Of a stretch of 64,000 nucleotides of DNA, positions 13,801 to 25,800 are shown piece after piece. Where the stretch lies: NCBI GenBank assembly GCA_965235115.1, contig OZ249452.1:12834001-12898000 (forward strand), given 5' to 3'. Each line of letters begins with the position of its first letter. The stretch's first letter is position 1. This DNA comes from Laetmonice hystrix (Eukaryota). The translations under genes and the position numbers were made by a program. The notes beneath the pieces were generated by a model. That model saw nothing but the letters and a program-made list of their open reading frames with translations, did not search any database and was not told the DNA's origin.

Positions 13801-16800
13801 GCTCCAAAAATAACTGACTAATTACTATTTTAACCATAGCAACGAAATTGGGAATTCATTCCTTAGAGAAACCAATTAGGTCAGACATTTTTCACACCAT
13901 TCCACCAACATGAGCAATATTTTTTTCTGACATGGTAAAATCACATGCTTTCCATGCAGTAAGGAACTTCAGTGTACGAGTTTAACCTCGACAAAACCGG
14001 TCGACCCTCTTGGTAACATATCCACGAAATATGAGTGTAAGAACTAAACCTCCATAATTTTTTGAAGCCCCAAACTAAATCCTAAACCGGTACCCCCACA
14101 TCAAAACAAAAAAAATAATTCCTAAATAGCCAAGCAAATTTGAGCCCAGATCAGAAGAGACGGAAGATGGGACGGTACCTCATACTGCCTTCATACTGGT
14201 ACAAAGTTATGATAATGAAAAAAAATGAAAAAAAAAAAAATCAATTCCGTGGGAATAGTACCATGAGGGGACAACCGTCAAACCCCGTTCTACCTCCCCA
14301 ACATCAGACCCGACTGGTTTGAGTGTAGGCTACATACCTTGGACCTGTAGGAGAGCCCTACACTGTGCCATGCCATACTGGTTGTAAGCTTTGGCAGTGT
14401 ACATTCCTGTATCCTCCGGGAATACCTCCGGTATGAAGAGGTAACTCTTGGTCGGCAGGTTAGTGATTTGGAAATCCCGTGAGGAGTGGATCTCAAAGCC
14501 TTCTCTGTACCACGTGATGTGGGGTGCTGGGAAACCGGTGAACTCTACCTCCAGCCTGTCAACAGGAAAATTTAATTTCATTATTATAAAATGATACAAA
14601 ACAAAAAACGACATATTTAAAACTATGGTGGGTTGTTCTATGTTGCATCTTTTAGTATATTTCATTTTTACAAGCACTTTCACATATAAATATTCCAAAT
14701 AACAGGTTTATTTTTAAATTAAACCCCTCCAGTCACTGGAGATGCAAACAGAACTATATTTTCTCCGATCTGAAATCCTTACCCTATGTCACACCATACT
14801 TACTTGATTCCCTCGCCTTCCTTGACCTTGATTGGAGTCAGTGGTTTGACAAAGGTCGGTGGTTCCTTCCGTTCGACGACTGTCCCCTGTATGACAGGTG
14901 GTGGGGCGCTGACCTCTGCGGTCCGTCGGGCCTCTACCTCAGCCTCCACCTTCCTGCTGTGTTCCAGAAGTCGGAGGTGGGCAGGGTCTGGTTGCTCGGT
15001 GGGAGTCTGCTGGAGACTGATTGAGGCTGTCGCCTGCTTCAGTTCCGTATCCTCAGGCGCTTTCTCCTGAGTTACTGTGGAAACCAGAATAAATTTCTCC
15101 ATTAACAAATGTGAGCATTTAGCATTTTAAAAATCAGTATTCATTATTTGCACTGCTCAAATCCATCAAAGTTTCTATTTTTTCCACAACTGCTAGCCAG
15201 CCTAACAATAACAGACAGAAGAGAGAAATGTAAATGTAATGATCAGATCTGTTTCTTGATTGGTTAAGTTTTCTCTCTAAAGTTATCTGACCTACGTCTC
15301 TCAAACTTCCTGAATTCAAAGACGGTGGTCTTGGGCCTCCTGAAGGCCTTCTGGAGCTCAGCACTAGTCAGGTCTTCAGGTTTCTGTTTGTCAAACTCTA
15401 CAGTAGAAACGGCTGCAAACCAAGCAAGGTCAGATCTAACAGCATGCCAGGGGTCACACAGGGGACAGTGTGGGTCAAATAAAGGTCGATCTAGGGTCAA
15501 AAATAAGAAGTGTTATGGGGTCAAACGGGTTAGTGAGGGTCAAAAACAGATTTTAGTCTGGGGTTAAACACAAGTCAGGATCACTCAGAAAATTAGTTTC
15601 TGGTGGAACTTTAAGATGTTAGTCATTGTATCCGTTATATTAAATTTATAAATAGATAGTGATAATTGGCATTCCATCTATATACTTTCTCAAGCAGGAA
15701 CATTTTCTGCATTCTTGAATGTTGTACCGCAAATATTTCACACAAAAATTAGTTGAAATCATGGAAACACATTCATGCATTTTTGGGTCAATCAATGCAA
15801 GAGAAACGTTAACATCGCCAACTTACACGTTGGACCTTGCTTCAACCTTGTCCTCCAGTCTTCCCGTGGGATGACCTTGAGTGTGGTTGAACACTCAGCC
15901 TCACCGAACGGATTCTTGGCGACAACTCGAATCATGCCGTTGTCATATTCACGTGCCTTCGGAATCTCCAGGATGTGAATCATTCCGTCATAGCGAAGTT
16001 TGAATCGCTGACCCTGAAATAAATACAACTTTCTTCTATCAGCATTGTATTAATTGATCAATCCTCTCTAAATGCTGACAAATTGACCAATATATCTTCT
16101 CCAACCAAACTAGATCGTTAATAATTTAGATCTGTGGGTATTTGGGGTTTTACGCCTTGCAACAGCCAGGGTCATATCACAGCGGTGAAGATGATGATGA
16201 AAGTCAGTTTTTCTTGGTGGAGGAAATCGGAGGACCCGGAGGAAACCACCGACCAATTTAAATCTGTCATGAAAATCAGAATAAAACTTTTTTGGTGAAA
16301 ATTTATCAGACTAGATTTCTAATGAAAAGACAGCTTACCGTGATGATCATGGAGCCGTTGACCCACCAGGTGAGGCGAGGTCGTGGATGACCTCCGACCT
16401 TTACCATGAACTTGGCTGTGTCTCCCTCCTCGACCTGCAGAGGTTCTGGCTTGAGGTCAAACATTGGCGGCAGGTCGTCCGGAGTCTCAAACATCGGTCC
16501 CTTCCTGGCTTGTTCCCTGCTCACAGAGGTCAGAGGTCAAAGTTCAGAAAGGTCACATATCAGAACCAAGTTCCACCTCTGTAACTCCTCGTCCGTTAGA
16601 TAGAGTTATTGCTGCTGTGTCTCTTGATTCTGCACTTGACAATGTTTTGACATTTTTAAAAGAGTCTTACATGATCTTATATCTGAAACTTATCACTGTT
16701 ATCTCTCTGCCGACATCAGCGTTCATTACAGGTATATGTCACGATATCTGAGGTGTTAACTTGTGTCGACCTGCGAGTTTCTACAGAAAGACCTTAAACC

Positions 16801-19800
16801 ACATCAAAAACTTTAAAGTCAGCGGGAAATATTTGTCTCACCTTGGTCTGAAGTCCATTGTATCCATAGGACGTGGTCTGTTAAAAACATTAAGAACATC
16901 TCAGTCTCAACCAGTTTAAACAATTCAATATGAACTAAACTGATGAAATCGCATCTATTTGTTTCAGAAAGCGTTCATGTTATAAACACATCCAGACGTA
17001 TGCAGCAGAAGCAGTTAGAACCAGAAGATGCCCCTCTACCAGGCAGGGTCAGCTCATTTTTGTTCACTTTCCCTAACATGCGACAAGAGAGTCAGTGCCA
17101 TAAATTTCTCCCCATGCATGTCGTAGTATCTGCGAAACCCTGTAGTAGACATCTGTTAACTGTAATTAGTGGAGTTAGAACGAAAACAATACGTTAATCT
17201 GATGAGGACTAGTTGATTAATCCTGCAATAAGATTTCTATATGAGTGAATCGTTTCATGAAGAGGCTGAGAGATGAGTGATAGCGCCTAGTGTAGCATAC
17301 TGTTAAAGATATCTATAAATATTATATGTCAGACTGTAATATGTTGTCCGACAGCGTGCTTCTTTAGAGAGATTATCTGAGGATAAAATCAAATACAGCA
17401 GAACAGTGCCTGAACCGCAGTATCCTTTGCCATTAGTGACTGAAAAAAGCATGATTTCAATATAAATGCCATAAGCTAGACGTCATGCGGAGACAAGGAT
17501 TACGAGCGTACGGTAATTCAAAGTCCTGGATGTACTGCCGTAGTGGTGCTGGCGGTGGTGGTGGTGGTGCCTCCACCCGACGCTCTCTCTGAGGTTCAAT
17601 CGGGATGGGACGCTCCATCGGTCTGTTCAAACAACACCCGCCAGGGGGCGACACTTAGTCTCAGGTCATGTTGCGACATAGTATTTGATCACGTCAACGC
17701 TCATGCAAACATAGGGAAAGCATCTTAATCTTTACCTCCAGAGTTCTTTTACACTGACATTTATTTTATTCCTAAAATCAAACAATACATGCAATTACAA
17801 ACACATTGTTTTATATCACAGACAACAATTCTTTCTTTCTCAATTTGCTCATCTTTTCGCGGAAATCTGCAGCAGTTTTTTGTAAATCAGCAGGGAAGGA
17901 ACTCCATGTAAGAACACACAAGTCATGCCAACACTGATTTTATTAACCTTTCTGGAGCCCTACGCAACTCTCTTGTTCTGCAATGGAACAAAAATCAAAA
18001 TAATCTAACTCTTCTGAGAAATGACACTAGAATTTTGAGAATTACGTTAAAGTTGAAACAACATAAATACCAGATTTTATCCTTGGTACAACAATATTCG
18101 CATCTTGACATGATTATGTTAATCATGCTAGCACACAATGAAAGGAAACTGAAGCCATGTGACTCAGAGAACTGCCAAAAGACCTGAAACAGGTTTGATC
18201 TGTAATGAAAAGACTGTCAAAGGAACAAGAAGTATTCAAGAGAAATTATCTGAGAGATGAGTAAGCTGAAGCTGGGGACCGACCGCAGCATACCAAGAGA
18301 CCTGAAAGGGTAACATTGGAAATGCCAAGTGTTAGTGGCAAGTAAGAAGAGTTTTAACATGTTCCATAGTTTGGTAGCACTGACAAGCTGATGAAGCATC
18401 AAGAATAAATAATAGTTTCTTTTGTACACTAGACCCAACCAAAACGTACCTCCTTTAGGTAAAGCGGTTTCAAGCGGTCATTAAGGGTACGACTCAGAAT
18501 ATCCCTTAGGGAGCTCAGAATGAGTTAATTAAAGTCAAGAGCAATCTCTGCTCAGATTCAGAAAATCCGGAAAGAAATTATCGCAGCCACTGGGACATAA
18601 GCAGGGTATTGGCCAATAAGACGTAATTAAAAATAATTCAAAATGTTGCAGGAGTTTGAAAATCATTCAAGTTAAACATAAATGTTGTATAATTTTTTAC
18701 ATATTGCACAAATTAAACTAAATGGGGAAGTGGACACATGTGCAGTCAAAAATAATGGGGAATATTCTCCGGATGACGTAAAAGAAAGGGGGGAAAGATG
18801 CTTTAATTGGATGCAACCATTTCCAAGCATCACACCTTTCTTCCTCATCCACTTCCCACGGCCTCCTGTGGCGTATAGCCGTCAGCCTGGGAATCTTGAA
18901 CATGTGTGGTTCTGTCTTCTGCAGCTGCCCGGGCCCGCTAGGAACCGTTTCCGTATCCACACTACCAGGCGGTTTCTCGGCCTGGTAATGTTTACGGTCA
19001 GTTCTGCAAGATGTTACACAACATTTGTAGGCTTCATCTGGGCGGAGACCCTGCACCGATATGGTACCAACTGATAATCTATGGTTAGTAACATCTAATA
19101 TGAGTAGGACAACCACTAAAGCCGAAGAAATACCACATTTGACTCGTAACCACTAGCCACACTAAGATCTAGAAGTTTCCATCTAACTCTACCTCTAAAA
19201 CTCTCTCTAGACCTTGTTTCAGGCACGGTCATGGGTCCTAATCCGAACCTTTGTAACATCTTCTATGATTGGTTGTTTGAAGATAATCTAACCAGAAACC
19301 AGGTCCTGAATAACTCGGACATGTTGTTAGTAATGATTGTTAGCGTTAGGCGTGACCTTGATCCGATGACCCCTGCAAGTTTTGGCAAGCACTAAACATG
19401 TAAACATATATGGAGCACCTGATAACTTCTTGGTTTAACGTCACAGGTGGGGATGAGGGTGAGTGCGAGTCACTGGAAACAAAAATAAACATATCATAAC
19501 ACAAGGGGAGCACACCTACTTCTACAGGGTTTAATTTTGAATGTTTGATTCTGGCCAAATATTGGTTTCATAAAGTCCATATATAATTCATCAAATGTGA
19601 ACGATTTTCAATTTTGAGATAACATCATCAAAATAATCACCTTAACCCCTTATTTAAAGACCAATTCTGTTTTTATGGAATTTTATAAAATCACCTCTTC
19701 TGTTCGTCTTTCACAGACCCAAGTTCCACATCGTCACCAGTAACAGTTGACGACTCCGCAGTTGCTCCTTTCGGAACTTTAGCCACTGAGCCAATGACCA

Positions 19801-22800
19801 TTTCATACTCGGTCAGGCTGGTTCGCGTCTCTGCCCGTTTTTGTTTTTGTGGAACTTTTGGTACGGGTTTAACCAGAGTGGGAGAGACTGGGGGAAGGTT
19901 AGTGTCAGGAAGTTCGGGGGGAGGAGAGACAGAGTCCATCTCCGTGGGTGAAGAGATACGATCGAGATTTTCCATTGATGTTGCTGAAGAACTTGTGCTA
20001 TAAATGGAAAGACACATTATAGGAATGAGTTTAAGGGAAAAAGTGGGTTCGTTAAGCCGCCGTCACACAACATAAAGGATCAAACACTTGGTGAGATATG
20101 AGGAAAACATGGCAACATAAAACTGGTCATATGACATTTCAACATGGTCTTAACATTAACAACACGTGGAATACACCAAACGAAATCAATGCAGGTTGTA
20201 TTTAACACGTTTTAAAGTTCTTACAAAGCGTGAATCTCAAGCACATTATCTTTCACAAATAAATATTCAGAATATTTAGCCCAACTTTCTTGTTTTCTTA
20301 CTTGAAATCATGTGTTTGAAGGTTACCACAATTTAACTTCGCTTTGCTTCCCACTCCAGAAAACAGCTGATATCAAGATAATGATAATTCGTGCCTTTTA
20401 GCTATTCTTACTAACTATACAAAAATACTACTATCTAATGGCCAAGTACATGCTAAACCAAACGTGTATCTTTGAATCTTTGCCAAATTCTAAAAATATT
20501 TTATGCGAAATCATCAAATGATTTATAAGTAGGCATAAATCTAACTGGAACCGAAGTGAATCTATGTAGCAACATTTTTATATGACTCCTCGAGTACAAA
20601 TGATGGTTAATTCCTCCCATAGCTTTCTTTCTATCGGTACTACTCAACACTCTTATCGAAGTCTAATATCTACAACAAAAATCTCTCAAAATCAATTTAT
20701 TCTGGAATTTCTGCAGTTCTACTTCTGACATGCCATGCAGCGTTTGCTGCGAACCTGATTTGTTCTGGACCCATCATAACTGGCCAACTGCTTTGATCAG
20801 AAATGGCGTTTCCATACTGGTCGTATTCTTCGTAATCAGTCGGTGGAACATAGGTTGGGAAAACGTTGAACGTGTCTACTGGGGGACTGGATTGGGAAAG
20901 GTTGTAGAGAGAAACATTGTCAGATATTCTCACCTAAAATATACTTGTAACTTACAGGTATATTTAATTATCCCACGACAAGTTTCCACTTCATTTCACA
21001 AACTATTACAAGACAAAGTGAACCACAAAACCTACACAACAATACAACTTTGAATGAAGTTTACAATAACGGTACAGATTTTACTCATTAATAAAACAAA
21101 GAGTTCCACCTAACAAAGACTTACGGAGTAGGAGTGGTCCTCCTCGGAATGACCAATTTACGTTCTGGTGTCGGTTTACGTGGTGCAGCTACAAACAAAT
21201 AAAAGCAAAAATTTTTTCATTCAAAATAGTCGTTTAGAATTTTCTTAGCTTCTAGAGGAGGGGAAACCGACTGCATTCAGATGTATAACTTCAATCATCA
21301 ACAGGTTTAGAAATAAAACAAACTACATTTTGAATACTTCTCCTCAGCAACTGAATCAATTTCCCTCAAACTGTATATCAAAAATACGTCGCAGTAGGTC
21401 ACACCAAGAGCCTGACCAGTAGTTTTATAGAAGGATCACTCACGTTGCACCATAAGCCTGGCCCTGTTTGACCCTGTGCCGGCCACACTGACAGCTGAAC
21501 ACTGATACCAGGAGCTGTCAGCCGGTTCAGCCGAGTCGATGTAGAGCGATGATTTCCCTTGGTTGGTCTCGATACGATAGTGTGGATGATCCAAGGGTAG
21601 CATCTTCCCATCCTTGTGCCATGACATCATGGGTACAGGCACCCCGACGGCCTCGGCGTGGAACGATACGGGTTCTCCCTCACGGACTGAGGTGTTGGTG
21701 AGGCGTGCAATGAAACGTGGTGGCTGGGCAGCCTCACGTGCTGTAACATCAATTGTTCACATCAGAAAAATATCCCAACACACAAACAAACACACAAACG
21801 TGGTGGCTGGGCAGCCTCACGTGCTGTAACATCAATTGTTCACATCAGAAAAATATCCCAACACACAAACAAACACACAAACGTGGTGGCTGGGCAGCCT
21901 CACGTGCTGGCAACATTAATTGTTCAGATCAGAAAAATATCGCATCACACAAATAAACAAACACACAAACACACATACAAACACACACACGTGGTGGCTG
22001 GGCAGCCTCACGTGCTGGTAACATTAATTGTTCAGATCAGAAAAATATCCCAACACACAAACAAACACACACACGTGGTGGCTGGGCAGCCTCACGTGCT
22101 GGCAACATCAATTGTTCAGATCAGAAAACTACATCGAAACACAAAAACAAACAGCAAGCCAGGGCCGGACCTAGTAGAAGATAGGTGTTTCTACCCCGGA
22201 AATTCGGAGAAAAGTGACCCTTTGACAGGCAGGTGCCCTTTCAAGTTGACATAAATAGGCTTGTAAGCTGAGTGCGGCGCTGAAAGCCTATATCTATATA
22301 TTCTTGTACATGTACTATACACAAAAGGGTTAACTTTGACATTGAGACTTGGTGAGTGAGTTTACATGTGGCATACCTTTAACATTGAGATGAACAGTGA
22401 ACCTGTCCTCTCCGCCTCTGTTCTTGGCGATACACACGTACTGTCCGGCGTCATAGAGTGACACGCGGTCAATGATCAGTGAGTGGATGCCATCCTCATT
22501 CACAACGATCTTGTGAAGGTCATCGTCATGGACCTACCGTTACCAAGGTTACACGGTTATATTTAGCACAAAACAGCATTTGACCTTATATTAACTATCT
22601 TCTTAATCATACCTTTCAATGCAAGCAGACTGAATTCGTTTTGATGCCAAAAGAAGATGAATAGAAATCAAGAGGACAAAATGTTTATTTTTTTCAGAAT
22701 TGTTCCTCACACTTACCCTGACACCATCCCGGAACCAGAAGAATTCTGGAATTGGTCGCCCAGAGACGACTGAGTCAAACCTGACCATCTGTCCCTCTGG

Positions 22801-25800
22801 AGCCTGCTGGTCTGGTGGAACCTGACGGAACACTGGCTTGTAGTACTTCTCTGCTACTCCACCTTTCTCATGTGGTCCTCTCGGCCCTTGTGGGCTGTGA
22901 AATAAACAAACATTTCACAGTCAGGCGCTTGTACAAGTCAAACTGAGCACTAAAAAACTAACTTGGGATCTAGCTCAGCTGCCCAATACATAAAGACAGC
23001 AACTCCAAATTTTGGGCAGAATTGCTTTAATAATTTGGGGGAAAATAAGTGCTAAACAAAAAACATAAAACTCCATTTTCTCAAAAACATATAAAAACGA
23101 CCGATGACCTTGCTGTATTGGTCGCCTGAGTTCTACAACTCCAGGTGCTGCCACCTAGTGTTTGGGATGAGAAGCTTACCTTCTTGTCATCCTTCTGAGT
23201 GTCTCAGGAGCAACATACGACGTGTCATCTATTTTACTAAGTCCCTCTACGTAGAGCTCTCCCGAGGAGATTGCCCGGCCGACTATGTTGGTAGCGCAGC
23301 ACGTATAGTGACCGGCATCCTCGGGGAAGGCGACCCGGATACGGAGTGTGGCGTACCCGTCCTTGGTAAGTTTCATCTCGTAACGGCTAGTGGGTCGGAG
23401 TTGACGACCATTATGGTACCATGCAATCTGTCACAAGTAATGATGATAAACTCTCATTAAAATCAATGCTAACATAGGTTGACTGTTCGCATCCATGGGA
23501 TAGATGTAATTGTGCACTGTAAATGGCTGGTCTAAATTTGTAATTCTGATTCTGATTGGCTGGTCTAAGCAGACCAACCAATCAGAAGCGTTCAGCCTCA
23601 GTTTAACCAAGATTTTAAGGTTTTACGAACTGGGCCAGGGCCCGGCAGACGGCCGTTGAGCTTGAGCTTCAGCTGGGACATGACTGTGAAACCCAAATTT
23701 GAGTTTGAGCCGAGAATCCTGGGCTCAAGCTCCAAATCCTTGAGCTTGAGCCAAGAATTTCAGCTCAAGCTCCACCAAGAAACCGGGCCCAGGACCTTCC
23801 AAAAACGTTCCCCAACCCCTAATTTCATGGAACCCATGACGAAATAACCTAACTTGGATTGGCTGACTTACATTAGGGAAGGGGTTAGCGGCGACTTTAC
23901 AAACAAAAGTCGCGTCTGATCCCTCCATGAGCTGAAAGTTTTGAAGCGGTTGTTCGATCGAGGGAGTTTTGGCGTCTGACAACGGTACGCTATCATCGAA
24001 GGCGCTGCGATCAGCGGCGGCGGCAGGCGGAGGTTGGACTCGGCCTTCACGGTATTGGATTTCTTTCATCAACCGCCGCTCAAACTGTGACACTGTGAAA
24101 TCCTGAAATACACGGCAATAACAGAGGATTTTTTATAGAACTTCGTCATTTTATCTCTTCACTTTACGTGTAGCTTGTAAACAGTTATGCATATCTACCA
24201 ACTACTTCGTCGCCATCTTTCTTTGAATCAGACTTCAAGCGATTGCAAGAGGCAATAATGTTAACGCCAGGACATACATTAAAATGGATTGTCAAGAATT
24301 CTATGCAAATTTCGAAGATTTCCAGACCTGGATTTTATCGCTCTAAAATTCGATAACTTTCCAGCATTTCCATGAACAATTCCCTCCCTATAGGCTGCGA
24401 GAAATCGCTCATTTCTACAAAACTTTCAAACAATCTGTTTCTTTCCATCTATCATCATTCTCAATTGGCCTTCTACTTAGTTATTCATCATATTGATATA
24501 TGTGGACTCTCGGCAATAAAGAGAACTTGCTGAAACCCCCTACCTCGTCATGAGGTGTGTCCTCCACGTCTGACATACGAGCACCAATGGTAACATCGAG
24601 CATACGTTCAGACAGTGGTCTGTAGAACGAGGAAGGCGACTGGCCACGTTTGGGTGTTGGTGGCCGGTCGAGCTTGGCCTCAAGCTCTGAGACGACGGCC
24701 CGTCCACGGTCCTTCTGCTGGGCACGGCCCTTCGACTCTTGTTCTTCACGCAGCCATGCAGCATATCGTTCTGATATAAAAGTTAACACATGAGGCTTCA
24801 AGTTCTTATAACAAAAAACAAAAACAACCAGGACATAACAGCATAGTTGGTTTACATAATTTTACAAACTCTCCTTGGAAAGAGGTGCTTCTTTCGTAAA
24901 TCATTTATTGTAATGTCTTTACGATTTTATTGTGAATTTCTACTTTCAGATATGGGCCTGCTCTGCTATAGGTATTCAATAACGAAAATAATAGAATGAA
25001 ATTATTTTCTAAAGATGAGAATAAGTATTATCAAGCACCCCCTTGGACATGCCCATGGGTATTTGAGTAGATTTTCCTCACCTGGTCCTAGCAGCAGTGC
25101 AGACGTTGAGCACTCTCCCAGACTGTTGATGGCTGTACATGTGTACTCTCCCTCGTCCTCGTCACAAAGGTTGAGAATGGTTAAAGTTGTCGTCCCGCTG
25201 TACTGGTCATACGTCGACTTGTACCTGGGCATACAACAATACTAACCATGTATCCTTGGACTATGGGTGATCATAGCTAGTTATTAAAACCATCGACTCT
25301 TGGTCTCCCTCTTAACACAAAGGTTCAACACTGAAATTTCTTAACCTTTTTCTTACTTATCTCGTTTCCCCCCTGATTTCTTAGCACCGTGATTTGTTTT
25401 GTTGGTCTCCTCACACTTCGAACGGTCAACTACTCCCTAACTTTGCCAAACCCTCACAAAAAAACAGTTTCTCCAATAAGAATTTTTTCCTACATGACAG
25501 GAAGGCTGCTATCCTAAGGTTTACATCCTCGTTTGTGATGGCACTGTTGTATCCTGACTAAACATACCGGGTTTTGTCCACTAGAGGATGCCCTCTCCGC
25601 GTCCACAGGATCTCGGGCGGGGGGAATCCCTGCACCTGGCACTCAAAGTACGCGTTCCTACCGTACGTTAACGGCAGGTTCGGCATTTTCCGGACAAACT
25701 CGGGCGCCACCTCCTGCGGTCGGGGCGGCGGTGGTGCCGGTACCTGTGTGGGCAGAGGTGGGGCCGGCGGCGGCGCAGGCTGGGCTGGCGGCAACGGTCC

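Noticed and set aside
21614-22254. Repetitive plus-strand ORFs, and a CRISPR-like look of the repeat array
   Set aside because: The units are tandem duplicates with near-identical intervening sequence rather than unique spacers; eukaryotic intron context; no cas genes.
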